This document shows positions 1 through 9,568 of a DNA stretch of 64,000 nucleotides, piece by piece. The notes below the pieces were generated by a model that saw only the letters and a list, made by a program, of their open reading frames with translations, did no database searches and was not told the DNA's origin. This DNA comes from an uncultured Planctomycetaceae bacterium (lineage in GTDB: Bacteria; Planctomycetota; Planctomycetia; Isosphaerales; Isosphaeraceae): NCBI GenBank assembly GCA_963833985.1, contig CAWIAD010000002.1, positions 4,864,001-4,928,000 on the forward strand, given 5' to 3'. A program made the translations under genes and the position numbers. Position 1 is the first letter of the stretch; each line of letters starts with the position of its first letter.

Positions 1-87
1 CGATTTGTCAACATCGAAGTCAATTCCTTGCCAGAAGGGAACTCCGTTTGCCTCTTGTTACACGGGGTACAATCACGCCCTGATTCA

Positions 88-188
88 CGCACACACTTGA
101 GGCGCCCATACCGCCCGATTCGAGGTTGGTCCCCTTCTACTTCGCAGGCGGCTCGAATTTGTTCGGGTTCCGCCGTTGAGTGAGTGCG
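88..188 (+). ncRNA. Candidate structured RNA (long imperfect hairpin, about 100 nt)
   Basis: 88-104 (CGCACACACTTGAGGCG) pairs with 171-188 with one mismatch, one bulge and G-U pairs. Inner stem 117-124 pairs with 152-159. A TACAAT -10-like hexamer sits at 68-73. No known family recognised. Confidence 0.25.
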
Positions 189-217
189 GCTCTGTCCATG
201 GGCGCCGGAGCCGTCGA

Positions 218-505
218 TCAGAAAGTCGCGATGTCGTCGAACTGGGTGATGGCCACGACGTCCGCGCGACGGACCAGAACGCGCGCCCGGTTCCGCCTGA
301 CCCCGAAACGAACGGAATCATGGATATACACCTCGCGGGTGGCGGGGCTGTCACGGAAATCATGCAGATCGGCGTCCTGAAGCTCAAGAAACTGGGCGTC
401 ACAGGCCACGAAAGTCCCGAGGCAGACATAACTTGAGATCAGGTCAACAACAACGACCTTGTTCAGGAATGATTCCAGCAGCGGTGAACGCTCCGTGAGT
501 TCCAT
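218..505 (-). CDS. Small Sm/LSm-fold-like protein
   Basis: 95 aa with an Sm1-like pattern (LESFLNKVVVVDL..YVCLGTFVACDAQFLELQDA) and an Sm2-like pattern (RVLVRRADVVAI). Confidence 0.65.
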   Translation of the reverse strand: MELTERSPLLESFLNKVVVVDLISSYVCLGTFVACDAQFLELQDADLHDFRDSPATREVYIHDSVRFGVRRNRARVLVRRADVVAITQFDDIATF

Positions 506-688
506 GGCCTCGCTTACCCAGGAATAAAAGCAAGTCGCGTACCCACAAGGCCGGCGCGAGTCGAAACGTGCAACTCGCCTTGACGAATTCTAGGGGTTGA
601 ACTAGGGTCCCGCTACCATTTCCAGCAAAATCTCGTCCTCGGCCGCCGAGCCGGCTCTCGCTCCCGGCGGCAATACAGGGCTTCACGG

Positions 689-2266
689 ATGATGATCACG
701 TCCCGAACCATACGGTGGGTCCTTGCGCTGTTTGTCACGGGAATCGCCGGCTGGCCAGCCCGGGGAGTCCTGGCCCAAGATGAGCCGATCTCGGATGCCG
801 CCCGCGCCTCCGCGGCAAGCGAGGCCCCCCCGGCGCGGCAACGAACGGTCGTCGTGCTGCTGCGCGACGGACGAATTGTGAGCGGGCAGCTTACGGAAGA
901 GGACGGAAATTACGTGATCACCCAACCCGTCGGGGTGATGCGCTTTCCCGCCAAGCGTGTCGAGAAGGCATTCTCGTCGATCCGGGAGGTGTACGAGTTC
1001 AAGATCGAGCAGTTGCCCGAGAACGATTTCGATGAGCGCATCAAGCTGGCCCGCTGGTGCCTGGAGCAGAAGATGGAGCCGGAGGCCCGAGAGCAGCTTG
1101 GTGAGATCCTGCGGCAGAGCCCCAAGAATCCGCAAGCCAGGGCCATGCTCGTTTCTCTCAACCAGGCTGAAGCGCGGATGGCCAGCCATCAGCGCGATCC
1201 GGAGGTTCGGCAAACCTCTGTCGAGCAAGAGGACCTTGCCGCCGGAGACCGTCCCAACGCGCTGGATACCGCCGTGATCTATGGCGCGCACCGGGGCATG
1301 GGAATCTCAGATCTGCCGGTGATCTTCGACCTGCCCACCGCGCAGGCCGTGAAGCGCGCCGACGAGTTCACGCGGTTTGTGCACCCTGTGCTTCAATCCT
1401 ACTGTGCCCGCTGCCACAACGAGAGTTATCAAGGCGAGTTCCAGCTTGTCCAGTTCAAGACCAAGCTGAATCGCACTCGCGACGCCCTGCGAGCCAACCT
1501 GGACGCGACGCTCAAACTGGTCGACCGTGAGAACCCGACCCGTAGCGATCTCCTCTCCAGCTCACTGCGCCCGCACGGCCGCGGCCCGAACCAGCGACCC
1601 ATTTTTCAGGGATCCAACGACCGGGCTTACCAGATCCTCGCCGCTTGGGTGAACAAGCTCCAGACGTCCAAGGTTTCCGAGGGGGTGATTCCGGCCAGAG
1701 CCCAGGCGGTTCTTCCAGGCTCTGAACCTGGTGAGAGCTTCGCCAGCCAGCGCGGACGGCTGAATCAGGACACCGCGCAGCAGGACGCCGCGCCCCGGCC
1801 GTTCGTCACGGGGCCGGTCATCACCAAGCACCTGCCAAACGCCCGGGTGGTGCCGGGCCAGGGCATCGTGGCCGAGGGTGTCGTCAACCCCAACGAGTTC
1901 CCGCTTCCACTCGCGGTCGGCGGAGCCAGGCCTGGCATGGTCTCCAGACCTGTGCCGAAGGCAAGGCCGGAAACCAAGGTGGCAAGGCCGGAAACCAAGG
2001 TGGCAAGGCCCGTTTCTTCGGCAGCGACCCATTCCACCACGCCCACCCGCGATGGCTCCGCGGCTGCAACCACCGAGATGAAGAAAACCGGCGCGGCTCA
2101 CCCCACCGCCACCGCCCGCAGCAAGGTTGCGGTTCCGCCTTCGAAACCCGCTCTCGAAGACGATCCGGACGACACCGACGAGGCAAAGAAGAAGGCGCGG
2201 CAACCGCTCAAGCTTGACCCTGCCCTGCTGCAACGCACACTCCAGCTTCGGAACCAGAACCGGTAA
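689..2266 (+). CDS. Secreted protein with a single CxxCH (putative c-type haem) motif
   Basis: N-terminal signal peptide, LARWC-type helical segment, VHPVLQSYCARCH motif, low-complexity Pro/Ala/Thr/Lys tail. Confidence 0.75.
   Translation: MMITSRTIRWVLALFVTGIAGWPARGVLAQDEPISDAARASAASEAPPARQRTVVVLLRDGRIVSGQLTEEDGNYVITQPVGVMRFPAKRVEKAFSSIREVYEFKIEQLPENDFDERIKLARWCLEQKMEPEAREQLGEILRQSPKNPQARAMLVSLNQAEARMASHQRDPEVRQTSVEQEDLAAGDRPNALDTAVIYGAHRGMGISDLPVIFDLPTAQAVKRADEFTRFVHPVLQSYCARCHNESYQGEFQLVQFKTKLNRTRDALRANLDATLKLVDRENPTRSDLLSSSLRPHGRGPNQRPIFQGSNDRAYQILAAWVNKLQTSKVSEGVIPARAQAVLPGSEPGESFASQRGRLNQDTAQQDAAPRPFVTGPVITKHLPNARVVPGQGIVAEGVVNPNEFPLPLAVGGARPGMVSRPVPKARPETKVARPETKVARPVSSAATHSTTPTRDGSAAATTEMKKTGAAHPTATARSKVAVPPSKPALEDDPDDTDEAKKKARQPLKLDPALLQRTLQLRNQNR
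1960..2010 (+). repeat. In-frame 21-bp tandem repeat, about 2.4 copies (ARPETKV)
   Basis: GGCAAGGCCGGAAACCAAGGT at 1960-1980 and 1981-2001, partial at 2002-2010. Confidence 0.9.
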
Positions 2267-2558
2267 ACGGTTGCCACGGATTCCTTTCCACGACGAGCCG
2301 GCCCATCTCCGCCGAAGTGGGCAGGCACTATCTCGGAGATCGAGCACAGTTATACTGAATTTGTTCGGGGCATCGCACCGGTAATCCATGTTGCTGGCGC
2401 TGGACCGGGCGACGCCCCGAAACCTGCCCTCTTGCCTCGGCCTGATAACCCACCTGGGCATCAAGAATCGTGGGTCTGGTCGACCTCTTTGTCGACTCGG
2501 AACACGCCCTGCTCTTGAACTGCCGAAGACGATATCAGCTACCCAAGGAAATCACCTC

Positions 2559-4547
2559 ATGGTTCTGAAGCTGGCGTGGACGGCTTGCCTTGCCCTGGTT
2601 TCTTGCGGACTGGCCAGGGTTCAAGCAGATGAACCGGTCCAGTCAAGCGTGCCGGCGAGAGGCACCACAGCAACGAGGCCATCAGAGGGGCAACTGCTGA
2701 CCCGATGGGCCAAGGAAGTCACGCCGGATCGCACGCTTCCCGAATATCCAAGACCGCAACTGGTACGACCACGCTGGCTCAACCTGAACGGTCTCTGGGA
2801 GTATGCAATTACCCCGCACCAGTCAGACCGGCCGGCCGCGTGGGACGGCAACATCCTGGTTCCGTTCCCGGTCGAATCGGCGCTCTCCGGTGTGAAGAAA
2901 GCGCTCAGGCCAGAGCAACGTCTCTGGTATCGCCGCACTTTCTCGGTGCCTGAAGACTGGGCCGGTGGTCGTGTCCTGCTTCATTTCGGCGCCGCGGACT
3001 GGCACACCACGGTGTATGTGAACGGCCGCCTACTTGGCAGCCATCGGGGCGGTTATGACGGCTTCACGTTCGACCTCACGAGTGCTCTGAGGCAGGGCGA
3101 AGCTCAGGAGCTGGTCGTTTCGATCTGGGACCCGACGGATACCTCGTGGCAGCTTCATGGCAAGCAGTCGATGCACCCCACCGGTTGCAGTTACACGGCG
3201 TCATCCGGTATCTGGCAGACCGTCTGGCTGGAACCGGTGCCGTTGACCAGCCGCATCGAAGCCGTCGCGGCGGTGCCCGACCTTGATGCCGGTCTGCTGC
3301 GCCTCAAGATCACCGGCCGAGTTGGCAACAAACCACTGAAGCTGGAGGCCAGGGTGCTTGAAGGGGGGCGATCGATCACCTCGGCCGCCGGTGTGGCTGG
3401 AATCGAGCTCTGGCCCAGCTTGCGTGAAAACAAGGTGAGCTTTTACAAGTACAGCGGCTCCTGGTTTTCCACCGAGCTTACCGTGCCGATGAAGAATGCG
3501 CGCCCCTGGTCGCCGGAAGTCCCGTTTCTCTACGATCTGACGATCACGCTCGGTGACGACGGCGCGATCGTCGACTCGGTCGGCAGCTACTTCGGCATGC
3601 GGTCGATTGGCAAGAAACCCGACCCCAAGGGCTTCACGCGCTTCCTGCTCAATGGCAAACCTACCCTGATGGCCGGCGCACTCGACCAGGGCTTCTGGCC
3701 GGATGGTCTCTACACCGCGGCCAGTGACCTGGCCCTCAAGTATGACGTCGAGCTTGCGAAGCAGGCCGGACTGAACATGATCCGCAAGCATGTGAAGGTC
3801 GAGCCCGATCGCTTTTATTACTGGTGCGACAAGCTGGGGCTGATGGTGCTACAGGACCTGCCAACCGGAAGCGAGGGAGATCCAAGAACGGACCTGCCCT
3901 CCTCGCCTGAAGCCTCGGCGCAGTGCGAACTCGAGAAACGCAGGCTGATAGAGCAGCGCTGGAATCACCCGTCAATCATCGCCTGGTGCCCGTTCAATGA
4001 GGGCTGGGGCCAGCACGACACGCTGCGCTACGCTACCTGGATCAAGGAGCTTGATCCTACGCGGCTGGTGGACGAGGCGAGCGGGTTTCCCTGGCATGGC
4101 GGCGGAGACATTCAGGACAGCCACGGCGGAACCTCGCCCCGGAACCCGCGGCAGATCGGCATCGTGAGCGAGAACGGCGGCTACGGCGTGGCGACGCCCG
4201 GCCACGACTGGCCCTGCGAGATCTGGACCTACCAGACCTTCAATCCTGCAACCGGAGGTACGATCGATGCCATGGGGAAGGGAATGAAGGGCACAAGGCT
4301 GCCGAAGCTGGATGAGAGGTCGAAAGCCTGGTTCACCAGGCATGTTGCGCGGCTCTACACCGAACTCTGGGAGCAGAAAGAGACCGGCGGCATGACCGGC
4401 CAGTTCTTCTGCCAGCTTTACGATACCGAGTCAGAGTGCGACGGACTGGTGAGCTACGACCGCGAGGTCTGGAAGGTCGATCCTGAAATCATCCGCGCCG
4501 CCGCAACCGGGCGGCTCTCGACCGAAGCGCTCAAGAGACCGGACTGA
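2559..4547 (+). CDS. Secreted glycoside hydrolase family 2
   Basis: EYPRPQL..WLNLNGLWEY, LLHFGAADW, SGIWQTVWLE, GLNMIRKHVKVE, WNHPSIIAWCPFNEGWG. ATG 2559 follows AAGGAA and begins a signal peptide. Confidence 0.9.
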   Translation: MVLKLAWTACLALVSCGLARVQADEPVQSSVPARGTTATRPSEGQLLTRWAKEVTPDRTLPEYPRPQLVRPRWLNLNGLWEYAITPHQSDRPAAWDGNILVPFPVESALSGVKKALRPEQRLWYRRTFSVPEDWAGGRVLLHFGAADWHTTVYVNGRLLGSHRGGYDGFTFDLTSALRQGEAQELVVSIWDPTDTSWQLHGKQSMHPTGCSYTASSGIWQTVWLEPVPLTSRIEAVAAVPDLDAGLLRLKITGRVGNKPLKLEARVLEGGRSITSAAGVAGIELWPSLRENKVSFYKYSGSWFSTELTVPMKNARPWSPEVPFLYDLTITLGDDGAIVDSVGSYFGMRSIGKKPDPKGFTRFLLNGKPTLMAGALDQGFWPDGLYTAASDLALKYDVELAKQAGLNMIRKHVKVEPDRFYYWCDKLGLMVLQDLPTGSEGDPRTDLPSSPEASAQCELEKRRLIEQRWNHPSIIAWCPFNEGWGQHDTLRYATWIKELDPTRLVDEASGFPWHGGGDIQDSHGGTSPRNPRQIGIVSENGGYGVATPGHDWPCEIWTYQTFNPATGGTIDAMGKGMKGTRLPKLDERSKAWFTRHVARLYTELWEQKETGGMTGQFFCQLYDTESECDGLVSYDREVWKVDPEIIRAAATGRLSTEALKRPD

Positions 4548-4632
4548 GCGAGCATTCCGGCGAGGTGCCGTGCCTCATGATCGAACACCAGAGGGAGTTG
4601 GCAGCATGCGGTTCAGATAGCCTTCGATTTGG

Positions 4633-5883
4633 TTGCTGATTGCGGGCTCGATCGCCTGGCCTCTTGCGGCGATGGCTGGCGAAACCGAGGCCCGCGTGGT
4701 GAGGTGGCCGGCCGTTGGTCTGGCCGACGGACTCTGCCCGCCGAATCACGCTCCGCTCAAGCCCACGATGTTCCTGAAATTGCCGCTGGGAAGCATCAGG
4801 ACGACCAGCGAGCCCCGCGGGTCGGTTGAGAAAGAGTGGACGAACCGTCGGGAAGTCGCGGCCCAGACCGGCGTGGCCCGCCCGCGGGGGATGAGCGATT
4901 CCGTCTTCCACTGGTCCAACCCCCTGCCCTTCGCGTACACCGAGGGTCAGATCGCGCTGCGAACCGAGGTGCGCGACCCGTGCATCGTCCGTGACGGAGA
5001 TAGATATTACCTGATCCTTACCATGTGGCCATTCAGCAATCGTGAGATAAATCGGCTGGAGCGGCCGAACCAGGGCGGCTCTCCTGGCATTGCGCTTTAT
5101 TCGTCAAAAGACCTGGCGACATGGAAGTTCGAGAACTGGCTCGTGAAGTCGGCGGACCTGCCGATCGACTGCCCCTACAAGAACCGCTGCTGGGCTCCTG
5201 AGATCCACAAGCTGGGCGGCAAGTTCTACTTGATCTTCACCGCGGACAACTGGATCAAGAAATCGTACAACCCAGCCGGCTCGTGGGGCACGGCCGGCCA
5301 CGCCTTCGTGGGCGTTTCCGACACGGTCAAGGGACCTTACCGGCACATCTCTTTCATTGACGGCGGCGCCTGCGATACCACTCTGTTCGAGGACCCGGAC
5401 GGCAAGACTTACGCCTTCATTCCGCGCGGCAGTATCGACGTGCAGCAGATTGACCTGAACCAGCTCGAGAACGGGAAGGTCAGGCTCGTGGGTAAAGCGG
5501 CGACGATCGCGACGGCCGACAATCGCGATATCGGCCTGGAGGCGCGTCCCGAGTACCTGGAAGGACCCTGGGTTGAAAAGATGGGCGAGACTTATGTCCT
5601 TTTCTACGCCGAGATTTACAAGGATCCTCGCCATCCGGACCTCCTTGGCTATCGCACGGGTGCCGCGTACGCGAATCACCCGCTGGGGCCATGGACCAAG
5701 GATCCCAGGGGACAGGTGTTCTTCGGCGGACATCTCACGGTTTTCCCAGGTCCTGACGGCCGGCGCTGGTTCGCTTACAGGGGCGAAAGTCGTCGCGAGC
5801 ATCAGGGACTGCTCTGCGTCGATCCGTTCGACATGGACGCGACAGGCCGTGTGCGCTGCGGCGCGCCAGCCTGGGTCCCATGA
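4633..5883 (+). CDS. Glycoside hydrolase family 43
   Basis: RDPCIVRDGDRYYL, WAPEIHKLGGKFYL, DTTLFEDPDGKTY and EGPWV motifs. Start uncertain: an upstream ATG at 4606 is in frame but separated by TAG at 4618-4620. Confidence 0.85.
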   Translation: MLIAGSIAWPLAAMAGETEARVVRWPAVGLADGLCPPNHAPLKPTMFLKLPLGSIRTTSEPRGSVEKEWTNRREVAAQTGVARPRGMSDSVFHWSNPLPFAYTEGQIALRTEVRDPCIVRDGDRYYLILTMWPFSNREINRLERPNQGGSPGIALYSSKDLATWKFENWLVKSADLPIDCPYKNRCWAPEIHKLGGKFYLIFTADNWIKKSYNPAGSWGTAGHAFVGVSDTVKGPYRHISFIDGGACDTTLFEDPDGKTYAFIPRGSIDVQQIDLNQLENGKVRLVGKAATIATADNRDIGLEARPEYLEGPWVEKMGETYVLFYAEIYKDPRHPDLLGYRTGAAYANHPLGPWTKDPRGQVFFGGHLTVFPGPDGRRWFAYRGESRREHQGLLCVDPFDMDATGRVRCGAPAWVP

Positions 5884-5989
5884 CCGTCCCGCTTGCGGCC
5901 GGCCCGTGACGGGGCGGTCCTTGACCCGCGCTGACCTCTGAATAAAACAAACCGGGGTGACGCGGCCAGGATTCAGGGGCTCACAGGCG

Positions 5990-6760
5990 ATGTCGAACCA
6001 GTGCTTCTTGATCACGGGAGGCAGCGGGGGAATCGGCTCGGCGCTGGCCCGGCGGCTGGTCGAGCAAGGAGACTCGGTCGTCTTGCTGGGGCGCCGGAGC
6101 GAAGCGCTGCACGGCATTGCGACCGCACTCGGCGAGCAGGCTCTCGCCGTGCCCGGAGACGCTGGTTCCAGTGACGACCTGGGCCGGGCAGTTGCATCGG
6201 CAATAAATCGGTACGGCCGCATTGATGGTCTGGCGCACTGCGTTGGCTCGATCGTTCTGAAGCCGATTCACCTGTGTTCGCCCGAGGATTTTCTGGCGAC
6301 CCTCCAGACCAACCTGGTCACCGCCTTTCTTGCCTGCCGGGCTGTACTTCCCGAACTCCGGAAAGCAAAGTCAGGCGCAGTGGTGCTGGCCAGCACCGTG
6401 GCCGTGCGTCAAGGCATGAACAACCATGACGTGATCGCCGGGGCCAAGGGCGGGGTGGAGGCCATGGTGCGATCCGCCGCCATCACTTACGCCCGGTGGA
6501 ATATACGCTTCAACGCCGTGGCGCCGGGGATGACCGAGACGCCGCTCTCGGCTCCCTTGCTGGCAAGCGACGTCGCACGGCAGTTCAGCCAGTCGCTTCA
6601 TCCCATGGGCAGGATCGGCCAGCCTGACGAGGTCGCGTCCGCGATGGCGTTCTTGCTTGGTCCGCAATCGTCCTGGATCACCGGCCAGGTTCTGGGTGTG
6701 GACGGAGGCCTGGGCGCAGGCGTCGCCCCGGCGCGAACCATGGCCCGGGGGCAATCGTGA
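5990..6760 (+). CDS. SDR family oxidoreductase
   Basis: ITGGSGGIG cofactor motif, [20 protein letters not shown]. The catalytic YxxxK is replaced by IAGAK. Confidence 0.9.
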   Translation: MSNQCFLITGGSGGIGSALARRLVEQGDSVVLLGRRSEALHGIATALGEQALAVPGDAGSSDDLGRAVASAINRYGRIDGLAHCVGSIVLKPIHLCSPEDFLATLQTNLVTAFLACRAVLPELRKAKSGAVVLASTVAVRQGMNNHDVIAGAKGGVEAMVRSAAITYARWNIRFNAVAPGMTETPLSAPLLASDVARQFSQSLHPMGRIGQPDEVASAMAFLLGPQSSWITGQVLGVDGGLGAGVAPARTMARGQS

Positions 6761-6781
6761 CGTTCATGCCGGCCGGGATGC

Positions 6782-9261
6782 TCAGTGCGGACCCGTCAAA
6801 AGGTTCGTCCGCGCTTTGCTTTCCAACCTGAGCTTCTCTAGCCGGCTGAGGTTGCCCGCAGTGCTCGAGCGCGCCGAGGCGGTCGCCACCTTGCCCGGGC
6901 CGGGGCCGGTTCGTGGCGGCAGCGGTTTGTCGATGCGCAGTCGGCCGGTACCCAGATGGTGCGTGATCGGTTCGCCGTTCTGGCTGATCACCACTTCACA
7001 AAACAGGTTCTTGATGTCGCCGGCCGGAGAAGCGTTTTCCGTCTGGATGTGAAAGACCATGTCCTTGCTGTCTTTGGTGATCAGGACCGGATCGGTGGTG
7101 ACCTTGTTCGGCAATCCCAGGAGCATCACCTTCGCTTGCCCCGGAAACGCCACGGCCTGGTCAATCTTCACGGCCAGGTCGACCGCCTTGCCTTGCTCTA
7201 CACTCACCGGCTTGAACGCGAGCTTGAGGAATTGCGGTGCGACCGTCAGCTTTGTGAGCCGCGACGACACCGTCAGCCGGCCGCCCCGAGCGCGCCGCCG
7301 CGCCGCGGCATCCTTGGGAGGCGGGCCCGGCGGCACCTCGGTGTAGGTGCCGTTGACTACAATCTTCCAGTGGTTCAGCTCTGCACCCGTGCTGGCATTG
7401 AGCTGGATGGTCGCCTGGTCCTGATTCTCTGCGATCACGACCTCGCGCCGGGACGAGATGCCCGGAGGGTTCCACGGCAGCGCGATGGCAATGGGTGCCG
7501 TGAAGCCGGGCTTGCGATGAGCCACCACCTTGAGTTCCATCACCCCGCCCCGAACCAGCGGAACCCGCGGCTCGATCGCGTCGATCGTGAAGGGCGCTTC
7601 CTCGGTCACGGCGACGGCCAGAGCGTCGACCGAGCGGGTCCAGAACGGGACATTGTTCTGGCCCAGGACGAGCTCGGCGGTCGAGGTGAACCTGGTCGGG
7701 ACTTCAAGCTTGGGGTCGAGCGGCCGGCCCGAGACGGCGGCCAGGGACGCCGCCAGCGGTGCGTCCGGGGAGGCTGAGAACAGCACCGGAACGACGCTCG
7801 TGCCGGCGCTCATCACGTCGGCTTCGTAGCTGACGCCGGCGGGCAGCCCGGAAGTGGCCAGGGACAGAGCGCCCGGAAATCCTCACGCGCGGCGTTGATG
7901 AGGATGGCCTGACGATTTCCCCGCGGCACGGCCAGCGCCATCACGCCGGTGCCCCGACGCAGCGATTCATTGGGCGTGCTGAGTTTCAGCTCGGGAACAA
8001 CGGGCGTGATCTCGACGCGGTAGGTGTAGTCAGGGCCGCCGTTCTTGAGCTGGTCGGACAGCGTCAAGACATACGCGCTGTCGCCGGGCGCGACGAAACG
8101 CACGTAGCTGTCCGGTCCACCGGAATCGTCGTTGCTTGCAACCCGGCCGCCGTTCCTCGAAGCGATGGAGAGCACCGAATCGAGCGGCGATCGGATCTGC
8201 CGCGCGTACACGCGGACATCGTACCTCTGGCCTTTCTTTGCCTCGAAGACGTACCGGTCCACATCACCTGGTCTGGCGATCACGCCGTTGAGCGCTACGG
8301 GCAGCGTGACTGAAGTGACTGTGGCCGCAGTGTCATTGGGTTCGACCTCGAGCGCGTTGCCGAAGGGACTGAGGCGGAACGGATTCGAGAACGGAGCGAT
8401 CCCCTGGTCGTCATGAGCCAGCAGGCCGAAGTGGCGGTCCAGGGCGGCCGGAAGGGTCAAGCGCGTGGTTTTCTCGCCCAGCACATCGCCGAACCAGCGC
8501 ACTGTGAGTGTCTCACCGAGCTTGCCTCCCGCCGGCAGCATGGCGGTCGGACGCGGGAAGTTGCCGACATGCAAGCGATACAAGCAATTGGCGTTACCCG
8601 CATAGGCGGCCTCGCGTGCGACGACGATGTATGTGCCGTCCTCCGGGGCGACCAGCGAGACCACGGCATCTTGCCAGACCAGGGCTGAATCGTCACTCGA
8701 CGCCAGCTCGAAGCGTTTGGAGTTGAGAATCGCCACGTAGGGATCGAAAAGCGTTTGCCCGAGCCGGATGCCTTCGATCTCGGCGGTGATCCGCTCGCCC
8801 TTCTTCGCCTTGACGGCGTAGTAATCGACATCCTCGCTGGCGGCCACGCCATTGACCGTCATGTTCATGGCGATGCGCTGGGGCTGCGCGAAGTCGTTAT
8901 TCGGCTCGGCTTCCGTCACTTCCGCCAGCACGCCGACGCTGAACGTCCGCAGCGCTGTGATTCCCGTGGCCGTGCGGAGCCGGAAGTCGTACAGGCCCGG
9001 CTGCACGTCCGCGTCAATCTTGAAGGTTGCCGTGATCTGATCGTCCTTGCCGGCCACAATTTTCGATGCTTTGATGCCCGGTTCGTAGAAGAGAATCTCC
9101 TTCGCATCGCCTAACCGCTGGCCGGTCAACGTGACCGCAACCTCGGTTCCCCGCCGGCCTCCCACCGGTTTCATGCTCCGGATCACAGGGCTCACCGCAT
9201 TTGCGGGCGGAGCGAGAATTGTGAGTGCAAGCACGATCAGGGCAAGCGAGAGCGCTTTCAT
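6782..9261 (-). CDS. Secreted PPC (pre-peptidase C-terminal) domain protein, frameshifted near 7875
   Basis: Signal peptide, PVGGRRGTEV, two E.EPN(N)D motifs, DVDYY/DVDRY and SPLDSVL. ORFs 7813-9279 and 6782-7816 join if one base is restored (AAREDF.GALSLATSGLPAGV). Confidence 0.8.
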
Positions 9262-9568
9262 GGCAGTGACACAGCCCACGAGGGAGGGAGGGAGAAGGAG
9301 AAACCGTGAGTTTGTTCGCGGTCTGACCGGGTCAGTTCGGAGGAGGCGTAATGGTTACGATTCTGCGCTACCATGAAGGCATCCGGCAAGCATCATCCCT
9401 CCTGAAGCTCAAGCAAAAGAGAAGTACTGGCGGGGACGACCGGGAGGAATGAGGCTGACCCTCAAGAAACGCCGGCCGCGTTCGTGCCACGGGTCAGAGC
9501 GAGGTCCAGGCAAGTTGAGAAGACACATCATGAATCCACACAATACAAATATGCTTCGATGCATGACC

